Origin: an uncultured Chloroflexia bacterium
GTDB taxonomy: Bacteria > Chloroflexota > Limnocylindria > Limnocylindrales > CSP1-4
Length of the DNA stretch: 64,000 nucleotides
Assembly: GCA_963734535.1 (NCBI GenBank)
Contig: CAVTHS010000003.1
Coordinates: 160,001 to 224,000 of the forward strand
Direction of reading: 5' to 3'
In this document: in pieces, positions 60,496 to 64,000 of the stretch
Numbering within the stretch: position 1 is the first letter of the stretch
Layout: each line of letters opens with the position of its first letter
The notes under the pieces: generated by a model
The model's database searches: none
What the model saw: the letters and a program-made list of their open reading frames with translations, nothing else
What the model was told of the DNA's origin: nothing
Made by a program: the position numbers and the translations under genes

Positions 60496-62349
60496 ATGAC
60501 GAACCTTGCCACCCCATACCGAACCCACACCTGCGGCGCGCTCCGCGGGGACGACGCGGGCGCCGACGCCCGCCTTGCGGGCTGGGTGCACCGCCGCCGC
60601 GACCACGGCCAGCTGATCTTCCTCGACCTTCGGGACCGGCACGGGATCACGCAGGTCGTGATCGATGCGACGGAGGCGCCCGACGCGCATGCGGCCGCCA
60701 TGCGCTGCCGCAGCGAGTTCGTGGTGATGGTCGCGGGGTCGGTCATGCGCCGGCTGTCCGGGATGGAGAACGGGAAGCTTCCCACCGGTGAGATCGAGCT
60801 CCGTGCGCGGGAGCTGACGGTCCTCTCGGAGGCGAAGACCCCGCCGTTCTACATCAACGAGCCGGACGCGCCGGTCGACGAGTCCGTGCGTCTCCAGTAT
60901 CGGTACCTGGACATCCGCAGGGAGCCGATGCTCCGCCGGCTTCTCCTCCGCAGCCGCCTGGTCGAGGAGATCCGCCTGGCCCATCACGCCAACGGGTTCG
61001 TCGAGGTCGAGACGCCGATCCTCATCAAGAGCACGCCGGAGGGTGCCCGCGACTTCATCGTGCCTTCCCGGCTCCAGCCCGGCAGCGTCTACGCGCTTCC
61101 GCAGAGCCCGCAGCAGCTCAAGCAGCTGCTGATGGTCGCCGGCATGGACCGCTACTTCCAGATCGCTCGATGCTTTCGCGACGAGGACCTGCGTGGCGAC
61201 CGGCAGCCGGAGTTCACCCAGCTCGACCTGGAGATGAGCTTCGTCACCGAGGAGACGGTGATGGGGTTCGTCGAGGAGATGGCGATCGAGGTCTCGCTGG
61301 CCGTGACGCCCGAGCGCCCGCTCCTCCAGGTGCCGTTCCCGCGTTTCACGTACGCGGAGGCGCAGGAGCGCTTCGGCTCGGACAAGCCCGACCTCCGGTT
61401 CGGCATGGAGCTGGTCGACCTCGCGCCGGGGCTCGTCGACGCGACCGGCACACCGGCCTCCGGCTTCCGCGTCTTCGACGAGACCCTCGCCGGCGGCGGA
61501 CGCGTCAAGGGAATCGCCGTGCCGGGCATGGGCGATGCCAGCCGCGCCCGGATCGACGAGCTGACCGAGGCCGCGAAGCGTTTCGGCGCGCGGGGGCTCG
61601 TCACGCTCGGCGTGACCGGACAGGGGATCCATGGCCCGGCCGTCAAGTTCCTCGGCGACGAACGCGCCGCGGAGCTCGCTGCCCGCTGTGGCGCCGCCGT
61701 GGGCGACCTCGTCGCGATCGTCGCCGATCGGCCGGGCGTGGTTGCCGACGTCCTCGGTCGCCTGCGGGCCGAGCTCGGCACGCGGCTGGGCCTCGCGGAT
61801 CCGACGGTGCTCGCCTACTGCTGGGTCAACCGCTTCCCGATGTACGAGTGGGATTCCGAGCGCAACGGCTGGCACGCGACCCACAACCCGTTCTCGGGCG
61901 TGGTCCCGGAGGACGAGCCGCTCCTCGTCACCGCCTCCGGCGACCCCGAGCGCCCGTCCCACGAGGACCCGGCCGGTCGCGCCCGGGCGATGCAGTACGA
62001 CCTCGTCCTCAACGGGTGGGAGCTCGGGGGCGGGTCGGTCCGGATCCACCGGCGGGCGCTCCTCGAGCGGTCCTTCGCGCTCCAGGGCCACACGTTCGCC
62101 TCGATGCAGGAGAAGTTCGGGGGGATGCTCGAGGCGTTCGAGTACGGCGCGCCGCCGCACGGGGGCATCGCCATCGGGATCGATCGCTGGGCGGCGCTCA
62201 TGGCCGACCAGGCGACCATCCGCGAGGTGATGGCATTCCCGAAGACCTCGTCCGGCATGGACCTGATGCTCGACGCGCCGTCGGCCCCGGATCCGGGCCA
62301 GTACGCCGAGCTTGGGCTTCGCTACGTGGGGCCGACCGAGCGGGCCTGA
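60496..62349 (+). CDS. aspS: Aspartyl-tRNA synthetase
   Basis: YRTHTCG, GWVHRRRDHG, RYLDIR, STPEGARDF, ALPQSPQ, CFRDED, GGGSVRIH, PPHGG. Confidence 0.97.
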   Translation: MTNLATPYRTHTCGALRGDDAGADARLAGWVHRRRDHGQLIFLDLRDRHGITQVVIDATEAPDAHAAAMRCRSEFVVMVAGSVMRRLSGMENGKLPTGEIELRARELTVLSEAKTPPFYINEPDAPVDESVRLQYRYLDIRREPMLRRLLLRSRLVEEIRLAHHANGFVEVETPILIKSTPEGARDFIVPSRLQPGSVYALPQSPQQLKQLLMVAGMDRYFQIARCFRDEDLRGDRQPEFTQLDLEMSFVTEETVMGFVEEMAIEVSLAVTPERPLLQVPFPRFTYAEAQERFGSDKPDLRFGMELVDLAPGLVDATGTPASGFRVFDETLAGGGRVKGIAVPGMGDASRARIDELTEAAKRFGARGLVTLGVTGQGIHGPAVKFLGDERAAELAARCGAAVGDLVAIVADRPGVVADVLGRLRAELGTRLGLADPTVLAYCWVNRFPMYEWDSERNGWHATHNPFSGVVPEDEPLLVTASGDPERPSHEDPAGRARAMQYDLVLNGWELGGGSVRIHRRALLERSFALQGHTFASMQEKFGGMLEAFEYGAPPHGGIAIGIDRWAALMADQATIREVMAFPKTSSGMDLMLDAPSAPDPGQYAELGLRYVGPTERA

Positions 62350-62425
62350 GCGCGCCGCCGCTTGTGCCCGGCGGGACAATGGACGCGGGGCACGGAGCAT
62401 GGACCAGCCGTTGCAGGAGGGCGCC

Positions 62426-62812
62426 ATGGGCACGCAGTTCGTCGTCCAGCTCGCGAACCGCCCGGGTGCGCTGGCGACGTTCTCCAGGGCGCTCGCCGAG
62501 CGGGGCGTGAGCATTCGCGAGATCTCGGGGGGCGGTGCCGGGGAGCACGGCTACGCCGTCCTGACCACGGACGACGACGCGGCGACGCGGGCCGTTCTGC
62601 GCTCGTTCGGCTACCCGTTCGTCGAGGGCGAGGCGCTCCTCGTCGAGGTCGACGACCAGCCGGGCGGCTTCGCCGCGACCACCGAGAAGCTCGCCGCGGC
62701 CGGCGTGGACATCCACGGGGTCCTGTTCCTCGGACGGCGCGAGGGAATCGTGGAGACCGCGTTCACCGTGGACGATGTCGGCCGCGCGCGGCGGGCGCTC
62801 GGCCTGGGCTGA
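62426..62812 (+). CDS. Tandem ACT domain protein
   Basis: AGGAGG SD; LANRPGAL and VDDQPGGF ACT repeats. Confidence 0.85.
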   Translation: MGTQFVVQLANRPGALATFSRALAERGVSIREISGGGAGEHGYAVLTTDDDAATRAVLRSFGYPFVEGEALLVEVDDQPGGFAATTEKLAAAGVDIHGVLFLGRREGIVETAFTVDDVGRARRALGLG

Positions 62813-62819
62813 GCCGGGG

Positions 62820-63494
62820 TCAGTCGCGGGTCACCGGCGGCTCGGGTGCCTGGTCCGGGCCCGAAGCGACCAGGGCGCCCCATTCGTGGCGGTGACCGGC
62901 CGGCGGCCCGGGCGGGCCGTCGAACGCCGGCAGCTCGTCGCGGGGCGTGTCCAGGCCGAGCACGATCCCGGGATCGCCCAGCTCGATGGTGCGCGAGGGA
63001 GCGGCGCCGGCCAGGGCGTCGGCGATCGCTGGCGGCATCCGGTCCGGCGCAAGCGCGCGGAGCGTCGGGAGCAGCGCGACCGGGACAAGGATCGGCCAGC
63101 CGGGCGTGCCGAGGTACGCCGGACGGAGAAGTGTCGTGCGGTCCGTGCCGTGTGCCTCGATGAGCGAGGTGACCGTCTCGGCATCCAGCCAGCCCATACG
63201 GGCCGGCCACACGAGGGCCGCCTCGGTGGCGTCGACCTCCGCCCGCGCGAGGTCGATCGCCCGCGCCATCTGGCCCGCGGGCCCCAGCTCGAGCGACGCG
63301 GGCGCCCCAAGGATCACGCTGGCACCGGCGAGGGCCGTGGCGACGGCGCCCGCCGGGTCCGGGACGACCACGACGACCGGGAACGCGCCGCCGGCCCAGG
63401 CCAGGTCGACGAGGCGGCGTACGTTCGGGGTCCCGTCCACGTCGCGCAGGGCGGACTCCGGTGAGGCGGCCAGGATGCACGCGGCGACGGTCAC
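62820..63494 (-). CDS. NTP-transferase family protein (MobA/MocA-like, divergent)
   Basis: VAACILAA, RPAY.G.PGWP, DPGIVLGLDTP; TAGCAT -10 7 nt before GTG. Confidence 0.7.
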   Translation of the reverse strand: MTVAACILAASPESALRDVDGTPNVRRLVDLAWAGGAFPVVVVVPDPAGAVATALAGASVILGAPASLELGPAGQMARAIDLARAEVDATEAALVWPARMGWLDAETVTSLIEAHGTDRTTLLRPAYLGTPGWPILVPVALLPTLRALAPDRMPPAIADALAGAAPSRTIELGDPGIVLGLDTPRDELPAFDGPPGPPAGHRHEWGALVASGPDQAPEPPVTRD

Positions 63495-63556
63495 GCCGGG
63501 GATGCTAGCAGGCTCTCGAGAGCGCGCACGGCACCTGTGCGACAATCGAGCGGCCC

Positions 63557-64000
63557 ATGACCGATACGAGCAACCGACCCCGCGTGCCCGTCGCGACCGC
63601 GACGCCGCCCGAGGCGCCCGACACCGAACGCGCCGTCCTCGCCGTCCGCAGGGACGTCCGCAACGTCGCGATCGTCGCCCACGTCGACCACGGCAAGACA
63701 ACGCTGGTCGACGCGCTCCTGCGCCAGACCGGCTCGTTCCGGGCCAACCAGGTCGTCGCGGAGCGGGTGATGGATTCGATGGACCTGGAGCGCGAGAAGG
63801 GGATCACGATCCTCGCCAAGCAGACGAACGTCGACTTCGACGGGATCCACATCAACATCGTGGACACCCCGGGCCACGCCGACTTCGGCGGCGAGGTGGA
63901 GCGCTCGCTCAACCTCGTCGACTCGGTGCTGCTCCTGGTCGATGCCGCCGAAGGACCGCTGCCGCAGACACGGTATGTCCTCCAGAAGGCCATGGCGCGC
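63557..64000 (+). CDS. typA: Translational GTPase TypA/BipA, 3'-truncated by window
   Basis: [60 protein letters not shown]. Confidence 0.95.
   Translation, partial: MTDTSNRPRVPVATATPPEAPDTERAVLAVRRDVRNVAIVAHVDHGKTTLVDALLRQTGSFRANQVVAERVMDSMDLEREKGITILAKQTNVDFDGIHINIVDTPGHADFGGEVERSLNLVDSVLLLVDAAEGPLPQTRYVLQKAMAR

Overview
Very GC-rich, gene-dense core-chromosome segment with about 55 CDS and one tRNA-CAT. I saw no phage, IS element or CRISPR array. Gene content and protein style suggest a monoderm bacterium, probably Chloroflexota (Limnocylindria-like; inference only). In order, the window holds: the 3' end of a helicase/PD-(D/E)XK nuclease; an M20 amidohydrolase, agmatinase, methyltransferase, REC-CpaE, murI, zincin, 2-hydroxyacid dehydrogenase, ychF and a PfkB kinase; a minus-strand mrfA/mrfB(yprA/yprB)-like repair pair with a cysteine-desulfurase-like gene and an acidic ORF; an ftsB-like gene; an inositol catabolic/ABC operon ending in an apparent LacI-IolB fusion, with a LacI-type operator at its promoter; tRNA-CAT, ftsH, an M20 dipeptidase and a stand-alone DnaB-like motor domain; ppa, thpR, trpB2, a small Zn-ribbon/ERR-repeat protein, tyrA, NUDIX, nfeD-SPFH and a second REC-CpaE; comM-dprA-[Ig/CAP surface protein + small ORF]-topA-xerC-murJ-fem-fem-murE; and relA, hisS, a Cys/His-rich microprotein, aspS, ACT, a MobA-like gene and partial typA. 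Nine single-base frameshifts, including one in hisS, are most likely assembly errors. The most notable observations are the LacI-IolB regulator-enzyme fusion, the orphan DnaB-like ATPase, pervasive leaderless promoter architecture, a non-DAP/Fem peptidoglycan block coupled to topA-xerC, and several uncharacterised small proteins.
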